This document shows positions 17,488 through 25,819 of a stretch of 64,000 bases of DNA, piece by piece (positions within the stretch are counted from its first letter, which is position 1; the number at the start of each line of letters is the position of its first letter). The notes below the pieces were generated by a model that did not search any database, had not been told where the DNA came from, and saw only the letters and a program-made list of their open reading frames with translations. The position numbers were made by a program, and so were the translations under genes. The stretch lies in IMG/VR virus record IMGVR_UViG_3300045988_139474, positions 1 to 64,000 of that record, one strand, 5' to 3'. The DNA is from a virus.

Positions 17488-17940
17488 CTACAAATAGCGA
17501 GAACCGACAACAGCGAAGCTATCTGGCGATTTAATTTCAGCATACCAAACACGGTGTCCATAGTAACCGTTATGGTGGTTGTAAACCGCAAAGTTCAAAT
17601 CGCCTTTGTCAGTCTCTACATCGAAGAACATACAGTCATCAATATCAATACCAGTACCAATGCCGTCATCTCCAATCCAGTCAATAAACTCCTTATTGCC
17701 TGAGCTTTCGACAAAGCTGATATTGCGCACTTCAGCACCAATATAGTCGTTGAAGTCTGTATCTTCTTGCCAGCTGATATAGCCGTATGACTCACAGCAT
17801 TGCTGACCGTCTTTGATACCGAAAAAGCTGGCTGTCCCATCTTCGTATTCAATCAACACACCGTCATACCAGCTGAAGCGGTCTGAGCCTGGGATATGGT
17901 AATGGTCTTTATGGGCGATTGCTTTGATAATTCGTTTCAT
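17488..17940 (-). CDS. hypothetical protein
   Basis: Start moved to ATG 17940 (MKRIIKAI; SD AGGAAG). Contains QQCCESYGY and HHNGYYGH. Confidence 0.7.
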   Translation of the reverse strand: MKRIIKAIAHKDHYHIPGSDRFSWYDGVLIEYEDGTASFFGIKDGQQCCESYGYISWQEDTDFNDYIGAEVRNISFVESSGNKEFIDWIGDDGIGTGIDIDDCMFFDVETDKGDLNFAVYNHHNGYYGHRVWYAEIKSPDSFAVVGSRYL

Positions 17941-17950
17941 GCTTCTTCCT

Positions 17951-18250
17951 TTACATGTAAGGGTCACGGCGATACAGGTTATAGCCCAATCTACTACAGG
18001 CGTGCTTTACAATATCATAAGAGGATTCCAAGATGAATTCACTCAATTCAAAACCTGAGCCGACAATGTATTCATCTTCTTTCTTACCGTACATCTGTTT
18101 GCTTAACGGTTTCTTCCATTCCCAGTAGAAGCCGTCAGTATCAACTCGTACAAGCCCTTTAGTTTGAAGCTCATAGACAAGGTGTTCTAGTGTATCGCCC
18201 CTAGCTGCTATGTCTCCATCACGGTTCAGTAGTACCAATTTAGTCTGCAT
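17951..18250 (-). CDS. hypothetical protein
   Basis: 99-aa ORF, tightly packed on the coding strand. Confidence 0.65.
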   Translation of the reverse strand: MQTKLVLLNRDGDIAARGDTLEHLVYELQTKGLVRVDTDGFYWEWKKPLSKQMYGKKEDEYIVGSGFELSEFILESSYDIVKHACSRLGYNLYRRDPYM

Positions 18251-18265
18251 GCTATAATCCTCGAA

Positions 18266-18703
18266 TTAGCCGTAAATCTGTTTGAGTACTTCTTCTGGCT
18301 GGGCTTCTGTATAGAAATGTTCGTCAGCCTCACCTGCTTTGCGGTAGGTGATTTCGCACTCTTGCCGCCCAGAATCAAAGCACCAAATCTGGATGCCGCT
18401 GATGTCGCAAACCTTAAACTTATGGTGCAACGGATAGCTAGGGATACAGGGATGAGGTTTACCTTGCAACTCAATCTCGGTTGAATTCAGCCCAAGCGGT
18501 TTGAACTGACCACCTACACCTAAGTGCGCGTCAATAGCTCGCTTCAACTCAAGCAGTTTGTCTCGGTCTAACCTGGTCACCTCACAACCTGAGTCAGATT
18601 TCACCTGGAAGTAGACAGAATTGAAATTGTCGGTAAATACGGACAGCAGTGAATCGTCATTGCTAGATGAGTCATCAAATAGCAGGTCTTTGATTTCGTT
18701 CAT
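18266..18703 (-). CDS. hypothetical protein
   Basis: Start moved to ATG 18703 (MNEIKDLL), 1 nt after the upstream stop. Confidence 0.7.
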   Translation of the reverse strand: MNEIKDLLFDDSSSNDDSLLSVFTDNFNSVYFQVKSDSGCEVTRLDRDKLLELKRAIDAHLGVGGQFKPLGLNSTEIELQGKPHPCIPSYPLHHKFKVCDISGIQIWCFDSGRQECEITYRKAGEADEHFYTEAQPEEVLKQIYG

Positions 18704-18704
18704 G

Positions 18705-19310
18705 TCAAATGTCCTTATAATCCCAGAATTCAATACACACTTTGTAGGTCTTAACAAAATTCTTCAGGCCTTCTTCGGAGTTGTAGTACAGGGATTTTTC
18801 TAAATCACCATACACTTTACCGTATTCTGGATGAGTCGCTTCAAATTCGTTAATCCAAGAAAATCCCGATTCATCGTTGATATCTGCGCGCAAAGTCCAG
18901 CCAGTTTGAAAGCGGTCACTCAAGCACATAGGATTCAAAGTGATTGCCGGACTCGTGCCGTATTCCCATTCTTTACCTAGTTCAAATCTCTTCAAGAAGT
19001 CTTTGCTGGAAATGCTAAATTCTGGCTCCGCCGATTGTTCAAAAAGGTCATCTGGCTCAGGAATCTTCCAGCTAACAATCATATCAACGCTATGGCTGTT
19101 AGCATCAGGTTCAGACAATATCACGTCATATTCGCAGCTTTCCAGATACAGCTTGAGTGGTTCGACGTATGGAGCCGCAACCCCATTCAGGATAGTTGAG
19201 TCTTCACCCGTCAAAGCCGCACTAGTCAATTCTGCTTTGACGCCTTCAATTACACCTGGCTCGTTCTTGACGAAAGCAGCCATTTCTCTCAAATCGTGAG
19301 CATTAATCAT
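18705..19310 (-). CDS. hypothetical protein carrying the family C domain
   Basis: C-terminal ~105 aa (PEFSISSKDFLKRFELGKEW...IEFWDYKDI) match the C-terminal half of 20073..20726. Confidence 0.75.
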   Translation of the reverse strand: MINAHDLREMAAFVKNEPGVIEGVKAELTSAALTGEDSTILNGVAAPYVEPLKLYLESCEYDVILSEPDANSHSVDMIVSWKIPEPDDLFEQSAEPEFSISSKDFLKRFELGKEWEYGTSPAITLNPMCLSDRFQTGWTLRADINDESGFSWINEFEATHPEYGKVYGDLEKSLYYNSEEGLKNFVKTYKVCIEFWDYKDI

Positions 19311-19365
19311 TCTTGTTTCCTTTGCTATTAGACGGCTGAGACAATCTTCAGCCGTCTCAAATTCT

Positions 19366-19677
19366 TTATGGGCGTTCGATTACATACAGGAATGCGATGT
19401 AGTATTCGTCATCCACAGCAATCGTTTTGCGTTTGTCTGCGTCATTCCATAATTCGCGGTAGTATTCCGCAGGAAAGATACACCACCCAGCTTCATCAAA
19501 TCGGCCTAATCTTTTCTCAACGACTGCAGTCATGTCTGCGATACTCAAGAAATTTTGACCGCTCAATTCTTCTACAATCTGGTGATGATTGCTATCGTCA
19601 GTCGCTGCAACCAAAACATAGTTGTCGATTTTAGGCATGATTACATCTGGCTGGTCGTTGTTAGTTTCGGGTTTCAT
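19366..19677 (-). CDS. family B small protein (~90-aa paralog family)
   Basis: Start moved to ATG 19677. YVLVAATDD...FLSIADMTAVVEKRLGRFDEAGWCIFPAEYYRELWN. Confidence 0.7.
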   Translation of the reverse strand: MKPETNNDQPDVIMPKIDNYVLVAATDDSNHHQIVEELSGQNFLSIADMTAVVEKRLGRFDEAGWCIFPAEYYRELWNDADKRKTIAVDDEYYIAFLYVIERP

Positions 19678-19678
19678 T

Positions 19679-19966
19679 TTATGCTGCCTCTCCAATAACA
19701 GGCTCTTCGCCGATATACATGTAAGTTGCTACGCTGTATTCGTGACCCCATTTGTGGCCTGCACGGTCTAATTCATCGTAGCGGTCAACAGGGTAAATAT
19801 CCCAAGTGTTTTCTTTAAATCTGCCCAAAACTTCTTTTACTTTCTCACGCATTTCTTCCATGTCTTTAAACCACAAACCGCCCAGTTGTTCTGTAGGGAT
19901 GATGGTTTTGAGTTCGTCAGAAGTTGCTACTACAACGAAAGTTTCATATTTAGCTTCAGAGTTCAT
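19679..19966 (-). CDS. family B small protein
   Basis: FVVVATSDE...FKDMEEMREKVKEVLGRFKENTWDIYPVDRYDEL. Confidence 0.7.
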   Translation of the reverse strand: MNSEAKYETFVVVATSDELKTIIPTEQLGGLWFKDMEEMREKVKEVLGRFKENTWDIYPVDRYDELDRAGHKWGHEYSVATYMYIGEEPVIGEAA

Positions 19967-20001
19967 TTTAGTTCCTTTTAGACTATCGGTTGTTCATACT
20001 T

Positions 20002-20030
20002 GTATATTGCATTCGCCAAATTTAATTTTC
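20002..20030 (-). promoter_or_regulatory. class I phage promoter motif (variant)
   Basis: GAAAATTAAATTTGGCGAATGCAATATACA, upstream of 19679..19966. Confidence 0.55.
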
Positions 20031-20072
20031 TAAATTTGGCGATTTATTAGCGTTCCACGTACAACCAAGTAG

Positions 20073-20726
20073 TTACAGGTCACCATAATCCCAAAATTCA
20101 ATACCGCTTCCAAAGGTATCCGCAAAACGTTTCAAGGCTTTCTCGGAGGTGTAGTACAGGGTCTTTTCTAAATCGCCACGCACTTTGCCGTATTTTGGAT
20201 GCTTAGCTAGAAAATCGCTAATCCAAGAAATACCAGCTTCTTCGATGACATCGGCATATAAAGTCCAGCCAGATTTTGAATTATATCCCCAGCAGTCAGG
20301 GTCTAAAGTGATTGCGGCACAAGGTGTACGCACCCAGCCTTCGGCCAGATTAAACTTCTTCAAGAAGTCTTCACCTGAAATCGAAAACTCAGGCTGTTTC
20401 GATTGAGAGGTCTCAGGGATTTCCTCGTGCTGAGGTGTATCAACGCTATGACTGTTAGCATCCACGTACATCCAAGTAGTTTGACGGTGGCCGTATTCTT
20501 TCAGGATTTCGGCTTTCTCTTCTTTCGTCATTTCTTTGTAACGTTCATTCGGCATAATCACCCATTGCGTTGAACGATAGAAACCTAACAGTTCCACGAC
20601 TTTTTCGTTCATTTCTGCAACACTCTTGAAACGCAGGCCAGCTAAGTCAACCACAGGGTTGAGATGTCGCATAACATTAGAAGCAGCTACGATTACATAT
20701 TCATCTTCACGGATTTCAGGTTTCAT
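20073..20726 (-). CDS. fusion of a family B module and the family C domain
   Basis: N-terminus YVIVAASN...FKSVAEMNEKVVELLGFYRSTQWVIMPNERYKEM. C-terminus PEFSISGEDFLKKFNLAEGW...IEFWDYGDL. Confidence 0.75.
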   Translation of the reverse strand: MKPEIREDEYVIVAASNVMRHLNPVVDLAGLRFKSVAEMNEKVVELLGFYRSTQWVIMPNERYKEMTKEEKAEILKEYGHRQTTWMYVDANSHSVDTPQHEEIPETSQSKQPEFSISGEDFLKKFNLAEGWVRTPCAAITLDPDCWGYNSKSGWTLYADVIEEAGISWISDFLAKHPKYGKVRGDLEKTLYYTSEKALKRFADTFGSGIEFWDYGDL

Positions 20727-20761
20727 TTTAGTTCCTTTAAGACTATCGGTTGTTCATACTT

Positions 20762-20791
20762 GTATATCGCATGAGCCAATCCTAATTTTTC
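20762..20791 (-). promoter_or_regulatory. class I phage promoter motif
   Basis: GAAAAATTAGGATTGGCTCATGCGATATACA, upstream of 20073..20726. Its leader is nearly identical to that of 20002..20030. Confidence 0.6.
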
Positions 20792-20808
20792 TGAAATCCG
20801 ATAATTTT

Positions 20809-21060
20809 TTACGGTGCACCAATCTCAAGAATGGCTGCATATGAAATATTTGGGTCAAATGCTGTACCGTCCCAGCCTGTACTATCATTCCAACGGCGGC
20901 AGAAGGCCGAAAGCTCTAACAACTCCCAATAGTCGTGCCCTAAGGTCTCTGCTACAACTTTATCGGCCGTATTTACGTCAGGATATTGATGAGAAGCCAA
21001 TTGGTCCATAACATACTCGCTTGTATCGCCTTCAGCGTCAGCAATCAAAATATATTTCAT
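20809..21060 (-). CDS. family B small protein
   Basis: MKYILIADAEGD...YPDVNTADKVVAETLGHDYWELLELSAFCRRWND. Confidence 0.7.
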   Translation of the reverse strand: MKYILIADAEGDTSEYVMDQLASHQYPDVNTADKVVAETLGHDYWELLELSAFCRRWNDSTGWDGTAFDPNISYAAILEIGAP

Positions 21061-21074
21061 GAGAATTTCTCCTT

Positions 21075-21329
21075 TTAGCTCTCGGATTCCTGCGTCTCAA
21101 TGACTACAGCATAAGTTGTGGTTGTATCGATAGTCATATCCAGCCAGTCAATCCCATTCCAGCGTTCGCAAAGCTCTTCAGGCGTAAACAGCTCCCAGTC
21201 AGAATCGCCCATGGCTTCTTCAATCGCTTCGCTGGCTGTTTGAATGCTAGGATATTTTACAGCGGAAAGCTGCTTCATCTTGTAAAAACGGTCATCACCG
21301 ATTGCTTCCGCAATCAAAATATGTTTCAT
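21075..21329 (-). CDS. family B small protein
   Basis: MKHILIAEAIGD...YPSIQTASEAIEEAMGDSDWELFTPEELCERWNG. Confidence 0.7.
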   Translation of the reverse strand: MKHILIAEAIGDDRFYKMKQLSAVKYPSIQTASEAIEEAMGDSDWELFTPEELCERWNGIDWLDMTIDTTTTYAVVIETQESES

Positions 21330-21706
21330 GAGAGTCTTCCTTCTTTTTCTTCAACCCAGATGATAGCGTCAATAACATCAATACCCTCATCTACCATTCG
21401 TATCCACAAGACAGTTAGCTTTTCTTTCTCCAAGCGTTCAGCCAGATTGTCCCAGTCAATCCAGTGTCCGATATTGACACAAACTTCGGCCAAACCGTCG
21501 ACAAGGTCACCAGGATTTATGAAAGTGGCATAGCCCTCACTAGCATCTTCAGCCTCAAACAAACTCAAGCCTCTAGCTCCGAATGCAGCTGCTTCTGTAA
21601 TACGCTCAACAATATCCTCGTACACGGCATCATTTATCTTAGCCTTAAAGCCTTGCAGAGCTTCACGCGCTACATCGCCAACGGCTTTGTGGGTTTCTTG
21701 TTCCAT
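21326..21706 (-). CDS. family A small protein
   Basis: ...VYEDIVERITEAAAFGARGLSLF...LAERLEKEKLTV...VIDAIIW. ATGA overlap with the next gene. Confidence 0.7.
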   Translation of the reverse strand: MEQETHKAVGDVAREALQGFKAKINDAVYEDIVERITEAAAFGARGLSLFEAEDASEGYATFINPGDLVDGLAEVCVNIGHWIDWDNLAERLEKEKLTVLWIRMVDEGIDVIDAIIWVEEKEGRLS

Positions 21707-21993
21707 TATTTACCTTTCCATTTCTTACGTTTCACTTTCAAGATTGCGAGATATGATGCTTGCGGGCTGATAAGTGATTTATCGCCGACAGCTGAATCAT
21801 TCCATAACTGTCGGAAAGCCTTAGCAGTGAATAGTTTGTAATAGCCAAACTCATTCGGATGGCCTAAAACTCGCTCAATCTCTGCCTTCATTTCAATCTT
21901 ATCAGGATAGCGTTTTGAAGACAGTTCATTCAAGACTTCCTCCGTCTTTTGCCCTACAACGCTCGGAGAAGCCACCAACATGTATGTAGCCAT
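21706..21993 (-). CDS. family B small protein
   Basis: MATYMLVASPS...YPDKIEMKAEIERVLGHPNEFGYYKLFTAKAFRQLWND. Confidence 0.7.
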   Translation of the reverse strand: MATYMLVASPSVVGQKTEEVLNELSSKRYPDKIEMKAEIERVLGHPNEFGYYKLFTAKAFRQLWNDSAVGDKSLISPQASYLAILKVKRKKWKGK

Positions 21994-22008
21994 GATATTT
22001 CCTCCTAT

Positions 22009-22350
22009 TTAGCTCCAGTCAATATGCTTGATTACCCAGTATAAATCGGGATGGTCGCCAATTCTGAGACTGCCGAATGAAGTTTTCATTAGGCGGTCAA
22101 ATATCGTGTCATGGTTGTACGCACGGCTATTGTAGATTTTCACCCTCATGACACTACCTTCAGGCCCACTACAAACCAAAACAGTATCTTCAGGATGTCT
22201 AGCAATCGTCCAGTCCAATTCTATCTTACAGCAACCATTATCCTTAGCTCGCTCAATCGCAGCCGTTAATGCTTCCCATAGTTCGTCTGTCTCTCGCTCC
22301 TCAATCCGTCTAAAGGCCGCAAGAATATCGCTAGGTCTAGCACTTTTCAT
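22009..22350 (-). CDS. family A small protein
   Basis: ...RRIEERETDELWEALTAAIERAKDNGCCKIELDW...VIKHIDWS. Confidence 0.7.
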   Translation of the reverse strand: MKSARPSDILAAFRRIEERETDELWEALTAAIERAKDNGCCKIELDWTIARHPEDTVLVCSGPEGSVMRVKIYNSRAYNHDTIFDRLMKTSFGSLRIGDHPDLYWVIKHIDWS

Positions 22351-22706
22351 TCAGGCTCTCCCCAAAGGATGTAATTGACGACTAAGCCTAATGATGGATG
22401 GTTGATACCTTCCAAAAGGAATCCGTCATCTTTCAAGCGTTGTTCCAACACGTCTCGGTTGATACTATGCGCGTTGTAAATCTTTGCTAGATATGTATAG
22501 GCTTCTGGCGGTTCAGTCGTATCTAAGATAATATCGCCCTCATGCCGTACAATCCGCCATTCCAAGTGCATGCGAGTACAGCATTTATCAGCGGCAAGCT
22601 TAATAGTTGAGGCCAGGTATCGGTACAATTCGTCTGTTTCGCGTTCCTTCGCACGATTGAGGATAGCACGGACATCTGCAGCTAATGGTGTTTGAGTATC
22701 AGTCAT
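22347..22706 (-). CDS. family A small protein
   Basis: Start moved to ATG 22706 (MTDTQTPL). ...NRAKERETDELYRYLASTIKLAADKCCTRMHLEW...LKDDGFLLEG...VVNYILW. Confidence 0.7.
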   Translation of the reverse strand: MTDTQTPLAADVRAILNRAKERETDELYRYLASTIKLAADKCCTRMHLEWRIVRHEGDIILDTTEPPEAYTYLAKIYNAHSINRDVLEQRLKDDGFLLEGINHPSLGLVVNYILWGEPE

Positions 22707-22710
22707 AATG

Positions 22711-23085
22711 CTATTGCTCCCGCCAAGAGATTGTTGAAACGACTTGACCGACCAAGTCTGCGTATTCGTGGAAAGTAAGCTCAAAGCCCTCTGCTTCTAA
22801 ACGCTTTGCCAGTTCAAGGCTATCGAAGCGGTTTGAGTCATAGATGATTACAAATTGCACACTCCCCACGCGGTTTCCGTCCTTATCGAGGATTGCACCC
22901 TTATCGGCGTGATGCGGACTAACCAGCCAAGTAAGATGCACGGTATGGCAACAGCGTTTAGCTGCCTCACGAATAACGTCAAGCAAGAGGTTATACAGCT
23001 TGTCCGTCTCTTTCTCACGTGCTTGCTTCAAGATTTTCAGTACCTGTTTTGCTTCAGGGATAAAGGATACTTGAGTGCCGGCCAT
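22711..23085 (-). CDS. family A small protein
   Basis: Start moved to ATG 23085 (MAGTQ; TAATG overlap). ...KQAREKETDKLYNLLLDVIREAAKRCCHTVHLTW...LEAEGFELTF...VVSTISW. Confidence 0.7.
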   Translation of the reverse strand: MAGTQVSFIPEAKQVLKILKQAREKETDKLYNLLLDVIREAAKRCCHTVHLTWLVSPHHADKGAILDKDGNRVGSVQFVIIYDSNRFDSLELAKRLEAEGFELTFHEYADLVGQVVSTISWREQ

Positions 23086-23432
23086 TATTTTGTCTCCCAA
23101 GAGATAACATCAATCACACGGCCTAAGCTAGAATGGTCATAGCAGCTAACGTTGAAACCGCCGTTCTCAAACCAGTTAATGAGGTCAGAGTGAGTAACCA
23201 GGTGTGAGCCGCAAACGTCAATTCGCATTTCACCGTTTTCAATCTTGCTATACTCTACATGAGGTACAGGGCTATTAAGGCCACCCCAATACACACTCAA
23301 TACTTTCAAGCCTCTGTTTGCGGCGTCAACGACATAGGCCATCAAAGTTTCGCAAACGTCTTGTGTATCTCGGTCTTGAGCTTTCTTCAGGATTTCACGG
23401 GCTTGTTCAGCAGTTACAGGGTTGAATTTCAT
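23085..23432 (-). CDS. family A small protein
   Basis: ...KKAQDRDTQDVCETLMAYVVDAANRGLKVLSVYW...FENGGFNVSC...VIDVISW. Two tandem class I promoters lie upstream. Confidence 0.75.
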   Translation of the reverse strand: MKFNPVTAEQAREILKKAQDRDTQDVCETLMAYVVDAANRGLKVLSVYWGGLNSPVPHVEYSKIENGEMRIDVCGSHLVTHSDLINWFENGGFNVSCYDHSSLGRVIDVISWETK

Positions 23433-23469
23433 GATGTTGACTCCTATTATTAAGTTTGGTTGTATAAGG

Positions 23470-23498
23470 TATTATCTCACAGTCCAATCTTAATTTTC
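23470..23498 (-). promoter_or_regulatory. class I phage promoter motif (proximal copy of a tandem pair)
   Basis: GAAAATTAAGATTGGACTGTGAGATAATACC, upstream of 23085..23432. Confidence 0.6.
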
Positions 23499-23537
23499 TG
23501 CGTTTTAGCTCGTATTGTTAAGATTGGCTGTATAAGG

Positions 23538-23566
23538 TATTATCTCAACGGCCAATCTTAATTTTC
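23538..23566 (-). promoter_or_regulatory. class I phage promoter motif (distal copy of a tandem pair)
   Basis: GAAAATTAAGATTGGCCGTTGAGATAATACC, abutting the stop of 23566..23826. Confidence 0.6.
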
Positions 23567-23826
23567 TATCTGTCGTAAAACGATTTTACCTTTGCAAATT
23601 TCTTGCGCGCTGAATCGTAGTTGATATTGAAGATAACGTGATTAGAATCTTTGTCTGTTAAGAAAATGACTTGCCCGCTAGGCGAAAATCCTACAACATA
23701 GTACACCTTGCCGATACGCAGACCTGTTCCGACCGTCATTTCATAGTCAACATTAGCACCCAGAAACTTGTAATACTTTCCTGCTTTCAAGTCTCTAATG
23801 CTAAGCAATTTTGCCGGTTTCTCCAT
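23566..23826 (-). CDS. hypothetical protein (module shared with the N-terminus of 27382..28026)
   Basis: KAGKYYKFLG...GKVYYVVGFSPSGQVIFLTDK versus GTKYYVVQVE...IFFVGYDMQGDLIFQS. Confidence 0.65.
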   Translation of the reverse strand: MEKPAKLLSIRDLKAGKYYKFLGANVDYEMTVGTGLRIGKVYYVVGFSPSGQVIFLTDKDSNHVIFNINYDSARKKFAKVKSFYDR

Positions 23827-23830
23827 CCTC

Positions 23831-24112
23831 TTAGCCCTCGCTACAAGTCATGTAGGCAATGAAGACCTGGTCTGGAATCTGATTTTTGGCTGCCGCTTCG
23901 TTGCGTAACTCGCAATAATAGGCTGCAGGAAAGATATTCCAGCCAGTCTCATCGAATCGTCCTAAGGCCTCCTCAACGCTATTAGTCATGTCGGCAATGC
24001 TTTCAAAGTGCCGCCCAGTCAACTTCGCCATATCCTCAGGTTTGACGCTTCCTGCATACGGATTGTAGGCCACCAAGATAAAGACAGCAGGCTTTTGAGT
24101 TTCATGGTTCAT
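23831..24112 (-). CDS. family B small protein
   Basis: FILVAYNP...FESIADMTNSVEEALGRFDETGWNIFPAAYYCELRNE. Confidence 0.7.
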   Translation of the reverse strand: MNHETQKPAVFILVAYNPYAGSVKPEDMAKLTGRHFESIADMTNSVEEALGRFDETGWNIFPAAYYCELRNEAAAKNQIPDQVFIAYMTCSEG

Positions 24113-24378
24113 TCGGTTTCTCCTTTATGATAAGCATGGCGCATAGCAGGGCTAATTTTGGATGTTGAAGGCTCTTTCTCTGGAGTCGTACAACGGATGT
24201 CGAATTGATTGCCCGCACTAGCAATTACATGGCATTCGGTTTGAGACGGCTCAGGGCTGCGGAGTGCAAACGACACTGGCAGGTAAATCGTCAAAAAGAA
24301 ACCGACTATCGCAAACACGGGCATAGCGACTTTTAGCACGAAGTCTTTGAGAAACTCCCAATAGAAACTTTTATTCAT
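24109..24378 (-). CDS. membrane-anchored small protein
   Basis: 89 aa with one hydrophobic helix (VAMPVFAIVGFFLTIYLPVSFAL). 4-nt overlaps on both sides. Confidence 0.6.
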   Translation of the reverse strand: MNKSFYWEFLKDFVLKVAMPVFAIVGFFLTIYLPVSFALRSPEPSQTECHVIASAGNQFDIRCTTPEKEPSTSKISPAMRHAYHKGETE

Positions 24379-24860
24379 TCGGCTTCCTCATCGTCCTTAG
24401 TCAACCATTCCATGATTACAAATGTGATGGCGGTAGTCAATTGCTCAATATTTGAGATGTCCTTCTGCTCAATTGCTTTTTCCATCAAAGGTTTCAGGAT
24501 TTTGGGTATGATTTCTTCAGGAGTAGCAACCAATTGCTGGCCTTTGTAGTCGCTGGAGAAATGCATCAGATTTAAGGCAGAATCCCAGCAAACGCCATCT
24601 TCCCAGTCAAAATAGTACACGGTGTCTTTATTTTGGAGGGCTTCGGCAGGATAGTCCATCGCTCGCAATTGTTTGATAACCATTGCGATAGCGCGGTAAT
24701 GCTCACGCGCTGCAGGGAGAAACTCGTCAACTTTGCTAAAGAACGCAGTTTCAACTGTATTGAAAATTTGCTGAGGCTTTAAGCCTAAAGAGGACATATC
24801 CTCAATAAGTTTAGCGCGTTTGGAACTGGCGTCCAGCAATTCTTTTGTATTATCGTCCAT
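24375..24860 (-). CDS. hypothetical protein
   Basis: 161-aa ORF on the coding strand. Confidence 0.7.
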   Translation of the reverse strand: MDDNTKELLDASSKRAKLIEDMSSLGLKPQQIFNTVETAFFSKVDEFLPAAREHYRAIAMVIKQLRAMDYPAEALQNKDTVYYFDWEDGVCWDSALNLMHFSSDYKGQQLVATPEEIIPKILKPLMEKAIEQKDISNIEQLTTAITFVIMEWLTKDDEEAE

Positions 24861-24872
24861 GATATTCCTCTC

Positions 24873-25298
24873 TTACAAATCATACCACAATTGCTCTACC
24901 AAATCAGGAGTTTCGGCTAACGCTTCATCCAGCATGATACTAAAGCGTTGAGCGATTTCAGGCGTGATTTCTTTCTCTTCCAAGAAGTCCTCATCATCGC
25001 CAAATACGCGGTCAATCAGTTTTTCACCTAAGATGTAAACCAGCTCATCGGCAACCCAACAAGGATTAGCATATTGTCCCTGGCTTGAATAATGTGACTC
25101 AGAATTTTCTATCACAGCTTCGATAGCCAAAAATGTTCCGATTTCAGCCAAATCTGCTTCGGCCTTCTGTTTATCGCCATAGATGTCTTGATAGACTTCA
25201 TAGGCAAAGTCCATACCAGCATACTTGCCGTGCAGGTCATGACCGTTCAAAGCGTCAATCAGCGTATTCTCTACTGTTTCAAAAAGTTTGGGTTTCAT
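24873..25298 (-). CDS. hypothetical acidic protein
   Basis: 141 aa, Asp/Glu-rich, behind class I promoter 25325..25357. Confidence 0.7.
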   Translation of the reverse strand: MKPKLFETVENTLIDALNGHDLHGKYAGMDFAYEVYQDIYGDKQKAEADLAEIGTFLAIEAVIENSESHYSSQGQYANPCWVADELVYILGEKLIDRVFGDDEDFLEEKEITPEIAQRFSIMLDEALAETPDLVEQLWYDL

Positions 25299-25324
25299 GA
25301 GATTTCCTCAGTTGTCTATTGATA

Positions 25325-25357
25325 CTGTAATATTGCGGTGACCAATTTTAATTTTTC
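25325..25357 (-). promoter_or_regulatory. class I phage promoter motif
   Basis: GAAAAATTAAAATTGGTCACCGCAATATTACAG, upstream of 24873..25298. Confidence 0.55.
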
Positions 25358-25360
25358 GGT

Positions 25361-25609
25361 TTAAAAGGTTTCTTTCATCCGCTTCGCCCAGTCAACTATT
25401 TCCCTACCCTCGTCACTGGAAGTGTCCAAGTGTTTTATAATGCTGTCTAATAGTGCAGCACAAGTAGGAAATTTGTCTGAGATGTAAGTAGTTTCCCAGG
25501 CATAGCCGTTCCATTCCAGGACTTCCAGACAATAACCCTTAGGGGTCACTTTGATAACGCAGTCAGTACCAGTTCCTGAGCTAAATTCACGTATATGTTT
25601 TGCCATCAC
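25361..25609 (-). CDS. hypothetical protein
   Basis: 82-aa ORF with a 4-nt overlap with the upstream gene. Confidence 0.65.
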   Translation of the reverse strand: MMAKHIREFSSGTGTDCVIKVTPKGYCLEVLEWNGYAWETTYISDKFPTCAALLDSIIKHLDTSSDEGREIVDWAKRMKETF

Positions 25610-25818
25610 TCAATCTCAACTTTGAATGCTTCGATTACCTTTTGTACACGATTTGCCAATTCTTCCAAATCGCCGGCATGAATAATCATAGCTTTTTCAT
25701 GGTAGTCGTTTCTAGTCTTAGTATCGCAAGGCAAATGAATCACGGCTGTAGCCATATCATTCTCATGGACTTTGGTTGAAGCAACAATCGGATATTTCAC
25801 ACGTTTGATTGTAGTCAT
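25606..25818 (-). CDS. hypothetical protein
   Basis: 70-aa ORF in a tight operon. Confidence 0.6.
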   Translation of the reverse strand: MTTIKRVKYPIVASTKVHENDMATAVIHLPCDTKTRNDYHEKAMIIHAGDLEELANRVQKVIEAFKVEIE

Positions 25819-25819
25819 G

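Noticed and set aside
19331-19358. A 10-bp inverted repeat AGACGGCTGA...TCAGCCGTCT after 19366..19677, considered as a paired DUS terminator of the Neisseria type.
   Set aside because: The arms contain only the GCCGTCT core, not a full DUS (GCCGTCTGAA). No T-run follows on the coding strand. It is kept only as an intergenic hairpin of unknown function.
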